43,768 bases of DNA from Aduncisulcus paluster (lineage: Eukaryota): assembly GCA_024181965.1 (NCBI GenBank), contig BQXS01010878.1, positions 1 to 43,768 of the forward strand. The letters are read 5' to 3'. The notes beneath the pieces were generated by a model, which searched no databases, was not told the origin of the DNA, and saw only the letters and a program-made list of their open reading frames with translations. Every line of letters starts with the position of its first letter. Positions within the stretch are counted from its first letter, which is position 1. Of this stretch, positions 10,282 to 22,089 are shown piece by piece. The position numbers and the translations under genes were made by a program.

Positions 10282-13200
10282 ATGTCATCTATTCAAGATT
10301 TTATTCAACAATTTGGAGGATTTGACTTCAAATCTGAGATGGATACTGAGATAACTGAAGCCAAATTGATTTCTCTCCTTGATCAGTGTAAAAAGGAATT
10401 TGAATCAAAAGAAGATGTTAAAATGAAAGAACATGCAGGAATTAAAATATCAGAAACTGAAATTGAGATTCTACGGATGCTCTATTCAGGATTTGAATCT
10501 GGTCGTTTGAATATTACTAATTTCCCCCTTTTATCTCCATTTTTTCAACATAGATATGGTGTAATTCGTCTATTTACTGCCATGTGTGTCTTTCGTTCTC
10601 ACATGGTTGGTGGAGAGTGTGAGAAGTGTCATCTTCTCATTGATTCTCTTGATTCTTGGAAAGTTGAAGATAATAATTACACTTGGCTTCCTAAATATGT
10701 CAATCAATTGAAAGAAATGACATCAAAGATTGGTTTAGTCGATGCTTCCGCCATGACTATGGATATCGTCGGTTCTGGCGGTAAATCGCCCGAAAGAGAG
10801 GAATTGGCCTCCCATTTCAGCTCTGTCTATTATAAAATAGTCTCTTCTGGCTCAGGGGCTCCCATGATTCTCAAGAAATATGTCACAATGGTGCAAAGTG
10901 GAGTTATGAATTCTCAAATCCCTTCCGAGGGTATTATTTCTGCTCTCTCAAGCCCCCAATCTCTCAATCCAAAGGTATTCTCAGAGCAATCTCAACGCTC
11001 TCTCTCCTCTCTTGGAGGTATTATCGGTATTTCTCTCTCGTCTCTCCAAGGAATGCTCTCGCGCATGAAGAATGATCTTGCCAAGGAAGATGTGTGGACA
11101 GAAGGGTGGGAATTCAGCAAGAACATGTTTGCTGCCATCGTAGGCCACATTCCATCCAATATCTCAGTGTTGGTTGAATCTACTCTCAAGGGAAATGAAT
11201 ATCACTATGCTCTGAAAGTTAAGGAAGAAAGAGAGAAAAGGGAAGAAAGAGAGAAAAGGGAAGGAGGAGAGAAAGAAGAATATGCTTATATTCCATTTCA
11301 GACTCTTTTGGCGTGTGTTTTCTTCCTTTCTCCCCACCTTATCTATCATTCTCCTTGTCCAATCCAAAAGGGTGTCATTAATGCTGTTCGGGAATGGGCA
11401 GCCTCAGAGCGTTGTGAGAAAGAAGAAAGAGAGAGAAGACAACGTCTAATAATAGATCTTGAGAAAGAAGAATATCTCCCACGTCTCTCTCCTCTTCCTT
11501 CCTCTCCTCTTCTTCCATGTGTCAGTGGATTGTTCGATATTTTCTCATTCTCTTCATCTGGGACTGCAATAATCAGCAATCTAACACATGCATATGGTGC
11601 TGCATCTCTTTCTCTCCCTTCCTTAACGATTTGTCTATTAAATGGAGATATTTCTGTTGTTAATGGAGAAGTGTTGGGTGCTTATATCCATCAGTTCACG
11701 CACTATTCTGTATGTGCTGGGCTAGCAAAGGTTCTTGGGGTTTTGTTTGATGGTGAAGTGTTTCAACTGAAGAACTCTTCAATACAAAAGGAAGATCAAG
11801 GAGAAAAACAATGTAATTCCCGGTTCCAATATACTCCATCCAAACTATCCACTCTCTTTTATATCATTTTAAAACTATGTTATGGTGTCAAAGGAGAAGA
11901 AAGAACCCTGTCTGGTTACGTATCTTTCAATCCAAAGACTTTCTCAATCGAAGCTAATAATAGCTCAGAAGCCACAGAGTTTGTGACGAGAGCAATCATG
12001 CAAAGGCATGTTGATTCAATCTTATCTCTTGTTCACATTCTTAGTGAAGAGAAAGAAATGTTCGGCACGGCTCTTATTGGACTTTGTTCAATACTTCCTC
12101 TTGTTTACACACCCAATCAAAGGTTGTTATGTATAAAGTTGAGTGAAAAGTGGTGTAAATATGTCAATACTGATTCTGATCTTGCTAAATTTAGCATCAC
12201 AAAATTAGCTTTTGCTTCCATGGCTTTGTCTCTGAGTATTTTTACTCAAATTCCTTCCCAAGATGCACAAGTTACTCTTATTAAAGAAGCAACAAAGAAA
12301 TTAAGGGAAGAAAGGGAATATAGAAACAATTTATGGCCCTTATTTTCTCAATGTTCTAAAAATAGAATTGAAGAAGAGGATGAAAAGGGGGAGAGGGAAG
12401 AAGAAGAAGGAGAAGACTGTTATATGTATCCAACAATTAGCATTGAGGATTGCATTGGCTTTATTTCTGGTCAAGACGACCATCAAAAGGAAAAGATTCT
12501 TAATATTATTCTTGAAAAAGCTTTGTTGATTATCGAATCAATTTGTTTCAGATGTTTACCTAAAGAATTTGATGAAGTGAAGAAATCTGAGAAAAAGGAT
12601 TCTAAAAAAAGAATTAGAGAAAAAGGGAAAGAACATGAGAAAGAAATGGAGGAATCCCATTCTATTCCGACCCGAGACAAGGATTTATTAGAAATTGAGG
12701 AGATTTCTATCTTGTTCGATAAAGAAAAGGATGAGAAAGAGGCACAATTGGCTAAACATGAGGTATGCAGTGTCATTTCTGCAATTGCTATTTTTAGATC
12801 GGTGTATAATTGTCCAATGTTGGCGAAGAAGTGGTTATCCAATTCTAAAATCCGTATTGAGTCCTCTGTTTCAGATCGTTCCTCTTTCTCATCTTTATCG
12901 TCAATTCTATTTTTGGAACAAGATATTAAGGATGAGAAAGAGAAACTAAGTATCATATCCTCTATTATTTCTGAGAGTTCCTCTTCCTCTTCTCTTTCCT
13001 CCTCTTCTTCCTCTTTATTTAGATATGTTAATATTAATTCTGATTATGCTTCTTTCTTGGAGAAAGATTATCTTCTTATTGGTGTTGCCAGAGAATATAT
13101 GAGGAGTGTCATGAATGAGGAAGAACTTTCCTCTTCTTCTTCTTCTTCTTCTTCTTCTTCTTCTTCCTCTGCTTCCTCTATAAATCATATTGACGATTGG

Positions 13201-14028
13201 GATAAATGGGATGATGAAAAGAAAGAGGAGTTTAGAAGTGCTTATACAAAACTCTCCGATGACCAGAAAAGAGCGTATAAAGAAGAACAAAGAAATAGGA
13301 AATTGCTACATTTCCTGAAGGAGCATTCATATTTCACCTCGGTGTTCCCGTATAGATTGGACACTGTATTAGTTACCAAATTAATCCCGATTGTTCTTCA
13401 GAAACGTCGCATATCCAAATTAATTGGTACTATTATTGAAAATGGAAAGTTATTTATTGATCGCGGACAAATATCTAATTATCGATTGATCAATTCATGC
13501 CTTGCCAAACTTTTCAGTTGTTTCTCACCGGATTCAAGTTTATGGGTGAACAAATTGGTCAATTGTCCTTCTTCCAGACTTGGCAGTTACATCCAACAAG
13601 GACTTGAAATGCCCGAATTAGATCACACTGCCACTCGTGAGAAAGTTTTTGCGGCTCAACAGACAAGTGAACAATGTGTGAGCAAACCGTCCCAACCTGA
13701 GAAAGAAGAAGATCCTGCAAAGAAAGAGCAAGACAAGCAATTGATGTGGCCATCTCCAAAGAAAGAGGTTCTTGAATATGCCCGCTCTGTGTTGGTTTGG
13801 GATGGAACCTTGGAATCGAAACTCGAACAAACACATTCTTCTCCTCCCGTGCAACTTCGATTGGCCGTGTTGAATGCTGTTCTTGACACTCCTGAATTAT
13901 GGACGGGTGTTTTGAAATGGAATCTTAGTTGTATTCTGTGTGCTTGTTTCTCTGGAGTTTTGGGTCCCGAATGGTGGCACAGACATGATATCGAGTTCCT
14001 CGTGAAGCCTTCACATCATATGAAATAA
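10282..14028 (+). CDS. Large hypothetical protein (1248 aa), probably helical, with poly-S and E/K-rich tracts
   Basis: Long uninterrupted ORF flanked by AT-rich spacers; no family recognised. Confidence 0.75.
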   Translation: MSSIQDFIQQFGGFDFKSEMDTEITEAKLISLLDQCKKEFESKEDVKMKEHAGIKISETEIEILRMLYSGFESGRLNITNFPLLSPFFQHRYGVIRLFTAMCVFRSHMVGGECEKCHLLIDSLDSWKVEDNNYTWLPKYVNQLKEMTSKIGLVDASAMTMDIVGSGGKSPEREELASHFSSVYYKIVSSGSGAPMILKKYVTMVQSGVMNSQIPSEGIISALSSPQSLNPKVFSEQSQRSLSSLGGIIGISLSSLQGMLSRMKNDLAKEDVWTEGWEFSKNMFAAIVGHIPSNISVLVESTLKGNEYHYALKVKEEREKREEREKREGGEKEEYAYIPFQTLLACVFFLSPHLIYHSPCPIQKGVINAVREWAASERCEKEERERRQRLIIDLEKEEYLPRLSPLPSSPLLPCVSGLFDIFSFSSSGTAIISNLTHAYGAASLSLPSLTICLLNGDISVVNGEVLGAYIHQFTHYSVCAGLAKVLGVLFDGEVFQLKNSSIQKEDQGEKQCNSRFQYTPSKLSTLFYIILKLCYGVKGEERTLSGYVSFNPKTFSIEANNSSEATEFVTRAIMQRHVDSILSLVHILSEEKEMFGTALIGLCSILPLVYTPNQRLLCIKLSEKWCKYVNTDSDLAKFSITKLAFASMALSLSIFTQIPSQDAQVTLIKEATKKLREEREYRNNLWPLFSQCSKNRIEEEDEKGEREEEEGEDCYMYPTISIEDCIGFISGQDDHQKEKILNIILEKALLIIESICFRCLPKEFDEVKKSEKKDSKKRIREKGKEHEKEMEESHSIPTRDKDLLEIEEISILFDKEKDEKEAQLAKHEVCSVISAIAIFRSVYNCPMLAKKWLSNSKIRIESSVSDRSSFSSLSSILFLEQDIKDEKEKLSIISSIISESSSSSSLSSSSSSLFRYVNINSDYASFLEKDYLLIGVAREYMRSVMNEEELSSSSSSSSSSSSSSASSINHIDDWDKWDDEKKEEFRSAYTKLSDDQKRAYKEEQRNRKLLHFLKEHSYFTSVFPYRLDTVLVTKLIPIVLQKRRISKLIGTIIENGKLFIDRGQISNYRLINSCLAKLFSCFSPDSSLWVNKLVNCPSSRLGSYIQQGLEMPELDHTATREKVFAAQQTSEQCVSKPSQPEKEEDPAKKEQDKQLMWPSPKKEVLEYARSVLVWDGTLESKLEQTHSSPPVQLRLAVLNAVLDTPELWTGVLKWNLSCILCACFSGVLGPEWWHRHDIEFLVKPSHHMK
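13128..13170 (+). repeat. (TCT)n microsatellite encoding poly-Ser
   Basis: Run of tct triplets inside the 1248-aa ORF. Confidence 0.9.
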
Positions 14029-14154
14029 GATGAGAGGTCTTTATTCTCAGATAAGACCCGGAAATAAAAACAAGTATTTTTTTGATTCTTCACACAATAT
14101 TAGTATTAGCATTTCACACCATTTCTTGAATTATTTCCATGGAAGAAGAGAAAA

Positions 14155-15258
14155 TCATTCAGCTGCAATGGTTTCCTCGGGCATAGTAAATACAAGGGAG
14201 TTGATTCTGAAAGATCGACAATTCTTAGCACACCACATTCCTTTCCCTTCAATCTCACACAATACAACATTATCTAAATCAGTAGGAAGGAAGAGCCATT
14301 CAAATTCATGTTTAGGTCTTGTGAATTCATACTTTTTGGATGTCTTCTTACCATCACAATCAGTGAAAGTGAAGAGAAGAGAGGGTGAACTATATAACTT
14401 ATTCACACAGATATAAGCACCTTTCATTGGACTAGGTGATGGGAAAGGAATGGAAAGATGGGATGAGGAAACAGAACCTTCCCCTTTTAACATTTTTTGT
14501 GCTTTTGAACTCCTATCATACCACTCAGATTCCTTACCATACAAATCATCCTTGCACTTAACCATTGAGAATGAAGGATCTACAAGCTTTGGATCATCTC
14601 GTAGAATGGGAATAGAATCTCTACCATCAGATTCTTCATCTCCTTCCTTAACAAACTCTGGTTTCACAACTGGAGTTTCAGACCATAGTTTCTCTCTGGC
14701 TTCACGAGCTTTGAGTTCGTCGGGGGTTTCTCTACTAATGAAAACAAGGCAATCGATTCCAAAACGCTCTTCCTCTCTTCCTTTCCCTGTAATCTCACAC
14801 AGAACAACATCAGGGAGATCAACAGGAAGGAAATACCAATGCTTACCTTTAAATTCAGGAAACTCGTATTTCTTTGACATTTTTTCGCCCTTTGAAGATG
14901 TGAGAGTGAAGATAAGGTGTGATGGAGATGAAGAATTACCAAATAGATAGATATAAGTCCCTTTCATTGGGGAAGATGAAGAGAAAGGAATGGAGATATG
15001 GGTAAAATATCCAAAATTATCCCCTCCTTTCATCATCTCTTGTACGTTAGAACTCTGATCGTACTCTTCATCGTCTTCTTCCATGGTTTCATCTATTGCT
15101 TCGATAGATGGAAATGCTGCCCTTTTAATATTGGGGGCATCCCTAGGAACTGGACAGCAAATTTCATCTCCGACATGAACAAACTCAGGCTCCACAGTTT
15201 GAATAATAACAGAAGCTATGGATGAACTCGTTTGAATAACACTTTCAACGCAACCCAT
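14155..15258 (-). CDS. Protein made of two tandem copies of a lineage-specific ~170-aa domain, with N-terminal acylation signal (MGCVES)
   Basis: Internal repeat: PEFV...P(V/I)(P/L)RD.P...YD(Q/R)SS..Q.M.KG...H(I/L)SIPF.S.SPMKG.YI...KKYEF...W.FLP.DL..VVLCEI.GKG. Collinear paralog of the N-terminal 350 aa of 40451..42913. Confidence 0.85.
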   Translation of the reverse strand: MGCVESVIQTSSSIASVIIQTVEPEFVHVGDEICCPVPRDAPNIKRAAFPSIEAIDETMEEDDEEYDQSSNVQEMMKGGDNFGYFTHISIPFSSSSPMKGTYIYLFGNSSSPSHLIFTLTSSKGEKMSKKYEFPEFKGKHWYFLPVDLPDVVLCEITGKGREEERFGIDCLVFISRETPDELKAREAREKLWSETPVVKPEFVKEGDEESDGRDSIPILRDDPKLVDPSFSMVKCKDDLYGKESEWYDRSSKAQKMLKGEGSVSSSHLSIPFPSPSPMKGAYICVNKLYSSPSLLFTFTDCDGKKTSKKYEFTRPKHEFEWLFLPTDLDNVVLCEIEGKGMWCAKNCRSFRINSLVFTMPEETIAAE

Positions 15259-15771
15259 TTGAATATATATAATATGTTATTTACGCAGGAAAAGACGACG
15301 ACCAAACTCACAACCCCCGTCTGACAATCATGGAAAGTGATATCGTATAATATAAAAATAAATATGTGTTAACTTTTCCTTTGGACCATATATTGCATGC
15401 CATCCTTGTGAATCAACTCCCGACTAAAAATCATATCATAAGTCCGAGTTTTGTTTACATATTGGATTATAAAGTGACAAAATATGCTGATAAATTGCAG
15501 ATGAAATCTATGAATATTGTGAATATATAATCGACTTATTGGCAGAGGAGCTATACTTCTGGTTTTCTTTGGACTCCAACTTGGAGTAATTCTTTGAAAG
15601 AATTTGTAATTCGAATTGTTCGTGAGAATCACCAAGATGGCATTATTCGGAAAAATTTACTTATGAGCGAGAATAAGGTGAATACACATCTACGTGATCG
15701 TAATCGAAAAACAGAGACACACAAGCAATTATGAGCGAGTGTTTCGAAAGAATTTTCTTTCCTGATATCAT

Positions 15772-17761
15772 TTAGAAATAAAGATCTCTGACCCCCTTCA
15801 TTTTGATCATGTCAAGCTTCTTCATGAACGACTTCTTGCGAGATTCAGACGGGATATTGTCCATTTCCTTTTCAATCAGCTCCCATCCGATCTTCTGTGT
15901 TTCTGGGGAAGCATAATCAATGAGATACTCAGCCAACGTGAGCAAGGCATTTGGCTGGCAATAGTTCCCAATGGCCCCACTCTTAGCAAAGTTCATGAAC
16001 ACCTCTCCAGTCCTGCCACTTCTGTAGCATCCAGTGCAGAAGGAAGGAATGAACCCTTTCTTCATCAAGTCACGGACGACCTCATCAAGAGAACGATGGT
16101 CAGAGAGCTCGAACTGTCCCTCGTCCTCTGTGGTCCCTGCTTTTGTCTGCACCTCCTTCTCTTCCTCACCCTTGCTGTAAGCACCAGGATCAGTGCGGGA
16201 GGCAGCACTCAGCTGACTCACTCCAAGTTGAAGGAGTTCATCACGCATGGCTTCAGACTCACGAGTGGAGAGGATAATCCCCGTATATGGGAGAGACNNN
16301 NNNNNNNNNNNNNNNNNCAGTGCAGAAGGAAGGAATGAACCCTTTCTTCATCAAGTCACGGACGACCTCATCAAGAGAACGATGGTCAGAGAGCTCGAAC
16401 TGTCCCTCGTCCTCTGTGGTCCCTGCTTTTGTCTGCACCTCCTTCTCTTCCTCACCCTTGCTGTAAGCACCAGGATCAGTGCGGGAGGCAGCACTCAGCT
16501 GACTCACTCCAAGTTGAAGGAGTTCATCACGCATGGCTTCAGACTCACGAGTGGAGAGGATAATCCCCGTATATGGGAGAGACACACGCAGCACAGCAAC
16601 GATCTTCTTGAACTGCTTGTCATTGACAGGGTAAGGCACAACATGGGACAATGGGGCATCCTTCGCAGGCTGGATACGAGGCACAGAGACAGTGTGAGGC
16701 CCTGTTCCCCAATTCTTGTCCAAGTGAGCACCATGCATGATCATGGCAAGGGTGTCCCATTTGTAATCGTAGAGCCCATACAACACACCCAGACCCACAT
16801 CGTCAATGCCTCCCTTGTTGGAACGATCCATGTTGGTGATACGGAAGTCGTAGTCAGCTTTAGGCCCTGACGAATGTACCTTGGCAAAGGTGGGACGATG
16901 GTATGACTCCTGGAAGAGAGCAACTGTTCCAATGCTATCGGTGGCCTTGAGACGCTTCATATCACTCACGGAGAGAGTAGGAACCTCAACATTAATGCGA
17001 CGGATAGAACTACCCTTCTCATCACGGACAGCATTGGTGGCAACCATTGCATCAACAAAGGAGTCGAAGGGATACTTGGGACTCTCACCACAAAGCATTA
17101 ACGTACGTTTGTGACCTTGTTTCACAATAGCTCGGGCATCAGCAGCAACCTGACTACTATCAAGAACAGTCCTTGGGGAATCTTTGTTATGACAGCTGAA
17201 TCCACAATATAAACAACCGTTAATGCACTCATTTGCAGTGTATAAAGGTGCAAACATGACAACACGCTTTCCATAGATTTTCTCTTTGATGAATTTGGCA
17301 GTCTTGTAGAGTTCTTCCATCAATTCTGGATGTTCTTCTTCATCAATGTTCAAAAGAAGAGCCGTTTCCTCGATTGACAGACCTTGAATGAACTCAGATC
17401 CAAATTGACACCCTACAGGAATCTTGAATTGAGCAGCATCCTTGGCCTTCTTAAGAATACGTTTCACGGTATCTACATCGGTGGAAGCAAGCTCTGTACT
17501 AACGAGGGCCCTACTAATTCTCTCTTCGTCAATAATATCCTTGGGATGAACGGTTTCTGGGTGAGGATCTTTTTCTATACTCCAGAAAGTTCCAGGATGT
17601 TTCCAAGCACGTTTTAATGGTCGTTTCATTCCCTCAATTGTAACTGGACCAGGAATAGTGATTCCTGTGGGAGTACTTTGAGAGAAAGAATGGGAAACTC
17701 CAGATAGGAGTGATTTAGGGATAATATCGGATACAATAGCTTTAGAAAGAGACGAAATCAT
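15772..17761 (-). CDS. hydG: [FeFe]-hydrogenase H-cluster maturase HydG (radical SAM), with putative organellar targeting peptide
   Basis: MFAPLY, CINGCLYC (CX3CX2C), RRINV, LFQESYH, GIDDVGLGVLYGL, GPHTVSVPRIQPA, PYTGIILSTRE, GQFELSDHRSLDE and the C-terminal CX2CX22C (SFCTGCYR...NYC). Removing the 286-nt gap duplication joins the two track ORFs into 567 aa. Confidence 0.95.
16032..16583. other. Assembly gap (N 16298-16317) with duplicated flanks
   Basis: 16032-16297 is repeated at 16318-16583. Confidence 0.95.
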
Positions 17762-17988
17762 TATGTAATGTTAAGTTACAAGTTCCAAAAGAAAAAGAAG
17801 AGCAAAACTATCGAAAAAAAGCAAAGGCTACAATCGATGATTGAAACGCGAGCATCAAAATATTAGAATACAGAGAAGATAATAAAAAAAAAATTTAATA
17901 ACGATATGTAAATTAATAGTTCATTTGATTTATTATCAGATTCATTTGATATAAAACCTATAAACAGGATAGAATTAAAATTTAAACC

Positions 17989-19890
17989 TTACCAACCCTT
18001 GGTCATTAATTCTACCTCCTTTCCGATAGGACCAAGAGGTTTAGACCCGATTGCCTTCAATATCTTATATTTAAAGGCGGCAAGAGCAGCAACCATGGTT
18101 TCTTTGGCCTTTTCTTCTTCAATTCCATTTTCAACTTGTCCACAGATACGTCCGACGGCAGCAAAACACCATTCTTGTGTTTTCTTTCCTTCAACATACT
18201 CGAGCAAAGCCCCAGAGTTCCCAATAATGAGGAATTCAAACATTGATGAAGCTCTCCCCATTATCGTAGATATATATCCTTCCAATTCGGCCTTAGAAAT
18301 CTTCAAATGTGTCATGTGGAGTTCCTTTGATTCCTTCTCAGCATCTTGAACGGACGTAATCTCACTTACTGACTCTTTCTCACCATCTTCCTCCTCATCT
18401 TTCTCAGGGTGGGAAGAGATCTCGGAAGGATCATCCAATTCCCTTCCACAAATATGCGCTCGCGCAACAGCGTCTAAATTTGGAGTGGATAATAGAACCT
18501 CAACAGAGAGGGCAAGGCAGATATTTGTGAGAGCTGCACAGACAGCAGAACTCAAAGCAGAGTCTGACATATCATGAAGAGAGAAAAGAGCAACAATGCT
18601 CAATGAAGCAGCGCATCTATCACACCCAAGAAGATCAGACACACCAGGGTTGACAAGAGCATTGGTGATGTATCTTGCTATCATAATCTTCAGACCCCTC
18701 TCCCACTCACTGAGCTTCTTACTTACTTTGGCAGCAATAACCTCACACAAGAGCACGGGGATGGAGAGTCGTTTCAACAGAGTATGTGGGAATTGCTCAG
18801 AAACAGAGATACAACGACACACGTCAACAAGGGGAAGGTAAGCAGAGATAGGAAGTTCAGCAGCGATGGCTTCACATGCATTAACAATGGTTTCAAGGGC
18901 ATCGGGTTTGAATTTATACCCCATGAATGAACTCTTCTTCACCTTATCACCGAACTCGTCCATGGCGCCAATATGGGCCTCAATGTCACAGATATGCTTC
19001 ATAAGCTTGCTTACAACTGCACTGTCAGCAACGTGCATTGGAATAGTCTCCCGAAGACGTAGCATAGTCTTGGCAAAAGTATTCTTTGTGAAGGCAAGGG
19101 GTTTAAAGGATAATAAACTAGGATATGAGGAAGCAACAGAAGAACTGGGGGGATCAGAAGAAGAGGAAGAGGAAGAGGAAGAGGAAGAGGAAGAGGAAGA
19201 GGAGGTGGGTGCAGGTCCAAAGAATCCCTCAATCATAGGTTTAACCATCCTACCGAGAGAAGTATCGAGAAAATCAGCTGGTAAATCGGTAATATGAGCT
19301 GGAAATCTGTTTGATCCAAGCAAAAATGTACTGAATTCTTTTGAAAACGTATTACAATTCCAGTGGAGAAGGTGATATTTGTTAGCCCTAAAATTATCAG
19401 TGTTATCAGCCATCCACTGACTAATTTCACCCTCAGACCTTGATGTATGCCCAAGATCTTTTGTTTCTATTGGAGATCCAAATGGGGTGCGTCCAGGAAT
19501 TCCGGCATCCACTCCAAATTCAGTAGAAGGGCCACCTCCATAAAAATATTCCTTTCCATAGACTACAACTCCAGTATGCCATCTAAAGGTCATGTTATTG
19601 GTTTGAATGAGATAAAAAAACAGGAATGAGATTTGAGTTTCAATCATTTCATAGAAATGTCAATTCATAGAATGAGGGGAAAATGGCATTAAGGGAAAAT
19701 AAAATAATAAATAATGAAATATATCAATAAATCCACATTAATAGATGAAAAAAATCCCGAATAAGAGAAGAAAATGTGATGGGAGTGAAACATACATTCC
19801 CTCAATCCTTTTTCCAAGAAGAGGTTGTGATAAAGATGCAGCCAATCCATTTGACAAATCATAAATGTGAAGTTTTACAAGTTCGACCAT
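17989..19890 (-). CDS. DeSI/PPPDE peptidase with C-terminal PUL-like helical domain; 2 exons (19890-19796, 19582-17989), 562 aa
   Basis: Splicing restores VKLHIYDLS..GLA...LLGKRIEGIWHTGVVVYGKEYFYGGG. Catalytic His in WHTG and Cys in YHLLHWNCNTFS. YLPLVDVCR and IMIARYITN resemble PUL repeats. Confidence 0.9.
19583..19795 (-). other. Spliceosomal intron (213 nt, phase 2)
   Basis: 5' GTATGT; 3' AATAACATGACCTTTAG; AT-rich interior. Removal gives GGA ATA TGG (G-I-W), the conserved PPPDE motif. Confidence 0.9.
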
Positions 19891-20234
19891 GTCTTTCCGA
19901 ACAAGAAACGATGTTTGAATCAAAATTGTAGATTACAATTATATACATAATATTAATTATTAAAATGATTTATTTTATGGCTAAATATAATAATAATCCA
20001 TAAGACTTCTTCGATGTATTTTGATTTCCCACTCAAACAATAGAATCTAGATCTAGATCTATTGAATAGATCGCTCAGAGATGTCATTACTACTCTAAAA
20101 GCAACAGAAACTAAAAGTTATACGGTATAAATGAAGCTAAATTTATCTTGTTTTGATTTGATATATCCATTGAAATGCATCTGATGTCACCCTACAAAAC
20201 AATTCGATAAATTTGAGTTAACTACAATTCCACG

Positions 20235-21659
20235 ATGGATAAAGATCATTCATCAGAAGAATTAAGTCCCACTGAAACAAAGAAAATGGAGTCAAAAGTT
20301 GAAAATCCATCTTCATCAGAAGATAAAGTTCAACTTGATGTTTCAGGCTCAAAATCAGTTTTTCAACCCGCGACAAGTCAATCGGGTGATAAAATAGATA
20401 TTAAACCCGAAGAATTAGCAAAAAAGAAATTAGCTCAGGCCCTTGCAATGCGGGATCGTAGGGAATCAGCTCTAATTGATTTTTGCAAAGAATTAGGCAT
20501 TGAAGAGAAATTTATTGATGAAGAAATTATAACCAGTCGAGCTGACATTGTTATAAGGCATTATATCCAGCATTCGATTTCAAAGAAGAAAGTCAAACCT
20601 TCTACTGAAGAGATACAATCTGTTGCGATGAAAATCCTTGCCTTCCAAAAAAACCAGTATGAATCTGAGAAACGTGCCAAGAAATCTGGAGAAAAACCTG
20701 TGACTGTGGGAAAAGTTTCCAAAGGTGGCATTGTAGAAGCCGAAGAAGAGGAATTTGCAGTCCATGAAGAGTCGGAGACGGAAGAAGAGAAAGAATGCGA
20801 ATGTGACGCTACATGTTCTTCGTGTAAAGCTCAAACCTCTCCTTCGAATGAAGATCTTTCCGAGGACGATTTTATTTTATTTGGCAAACATACTTTCCAA
20901 GAACAATTTGATAATTTTCTCGAGTCTCTAAGATGTTCTGTCATTGTTCCGGCCAAAAAATATATTGGTCTTGCCTTGAAATATAAAATGCCCCTTCAAA
21001 CGCCAATCCTAACGATTGATAACATTCATGAATTTGCCAATCTCTTAAAAATGCTTCCCATGCGTCCTCCTGAGCCAGTTCAGAAACAAATGATTGGAAA
21101 AATTGAAAATATGCTTACGACTATCAAAAAACAAAAACGTGGGCAAGTTATGTTTAGTTTGAGAAAGAGCCTTTGTTTTATTAATTATCCTCCAAAAGAA
21201 ATGGAAGAAATTGTGGCCAAACGAAACGTTAGTGATATAAAGGGGCTTATTAAATGGCTATTTATTATTGTTACAATCATTGTAATCATCATTTCCGTTG
21301 GCATTTCAATAGGTCCTAAACTTCAAATAGAAACCCATATTCCTTATCGTGAACCTTCAATTGATCTATATGGAATGCTATATCTTGAACCTGAAGCGTC
21401 CGAACAAGATATTCGTTCAGCATACAGGAAATTAGCAAGAAAATTCCATCCAGATCGTAATCCTGATTGTCCCGACTGTGAAGAACGGATGGGTGAACTT
21501 GCACAGGCTCAATCAATCCTTTTAGATAAAGACAGAAGGAGATATTATGATATGTATGGAACTGACATGCCAAAATATTTACAAATGCGTTTGCGAATGG
21601 AAAGAAAGGGTATCAGACCTGTGAGAGCGATTAAACTTGATGATAAATGGGCTCAGTAA
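20235..21659 (+). CDS. Membrane-anchored J-domain protein (one TM helix followed by a C-terminal DnaJ domain)
   Basis: DLYGMLYL...DIRSAYRKLARKFHPDRNP...ILLDKDRRRYYD with the HPD motif; hydrophobic WLFIIVTIIVIIISVGISI before it. Confidence 0.88.
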   Translation: MDKDHSSEELSPTETKKMESKVENPSSSEDKVQLDVSGSKSVFQPATSQSGDKIDIKPEELAKKKLAQALAMRDRRESALIDFCKELGIEEKFIDEEIITSRADIVIRHYIQHSISKKKVKPSTEEIQSVAMKILAFQKNQYESEKRAKKSGEKPVTVGKVSKGGIVEAEEEEFAVHEESETEEEKECECDATCSSCKAQTSPSNEDLSEDDFILFGKHTFQEQFDNFLESLRCSVIVPAKKYIGLALKYKMPLQTPILTIDNIHEFANLLKMLPMRPPEPVQKQMIGKIENMLTTIKKQKRGQVMFSLRKSLCFINYPPKEMEEIVAKRNVSDIKGLIKWLFIIVTIIVIIISVGISIGPKLQIETHIPYREPSIDLYGMLYLEPEASEQDIRSAYRKLARKFHPDRNPDCPDCEERMGELAQAQSILLDKDRRRYYDMYGTDMPKYLQMRLRMERKGIRPVRAIKLDDKWAQ

Positions 21660-22089
21660 TGATTATTTATCTTCCATCTTTTTCTACCTTTTTTTTTTTT
21701 TTTTTTTTCACTACTAGTAATTAGTAATTGATTCCTAGTAGGAATGTAAAGCATCTAATAATTTGATTTGATGTAGATCTACCATTTGGAATAACAATAT
21801 TCTCAATATAATCGTGCACATGGTGTATTAATTCATTTTTATAATGGAATAAACAACTTCCTTGTTGATTTGAACGAATATGATGTTTATCAAATTATTC
21901 CTGTTTATACATCATTATAATAGTCTAGCATTAGACTGAAAATACATTCATGAAGGAAGCTCAATGTAGTATCTTACACTTTATGTCGGATCTAAATATA
22001 GTGATTGTGAGCCTTTGATAACCATCGTTTGGGTACTCGTCTTTTGCTGGATCCTAAGATTATATCTTTATAATATCTACCTTTTGTCA

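Noticed and set aside
15772-16248. Separate 158-aa HydG C-terminal gene
   Set aside because: It is the 3' end of the single hydG gene, cut off by the gap.
19158-19205. (GAGGAA)n arrays here and near 31223 as possible telomere-like or CRISPR-like repeats
   Set aside because: They are coding microsatellites (poly-Ser) with no spacers.
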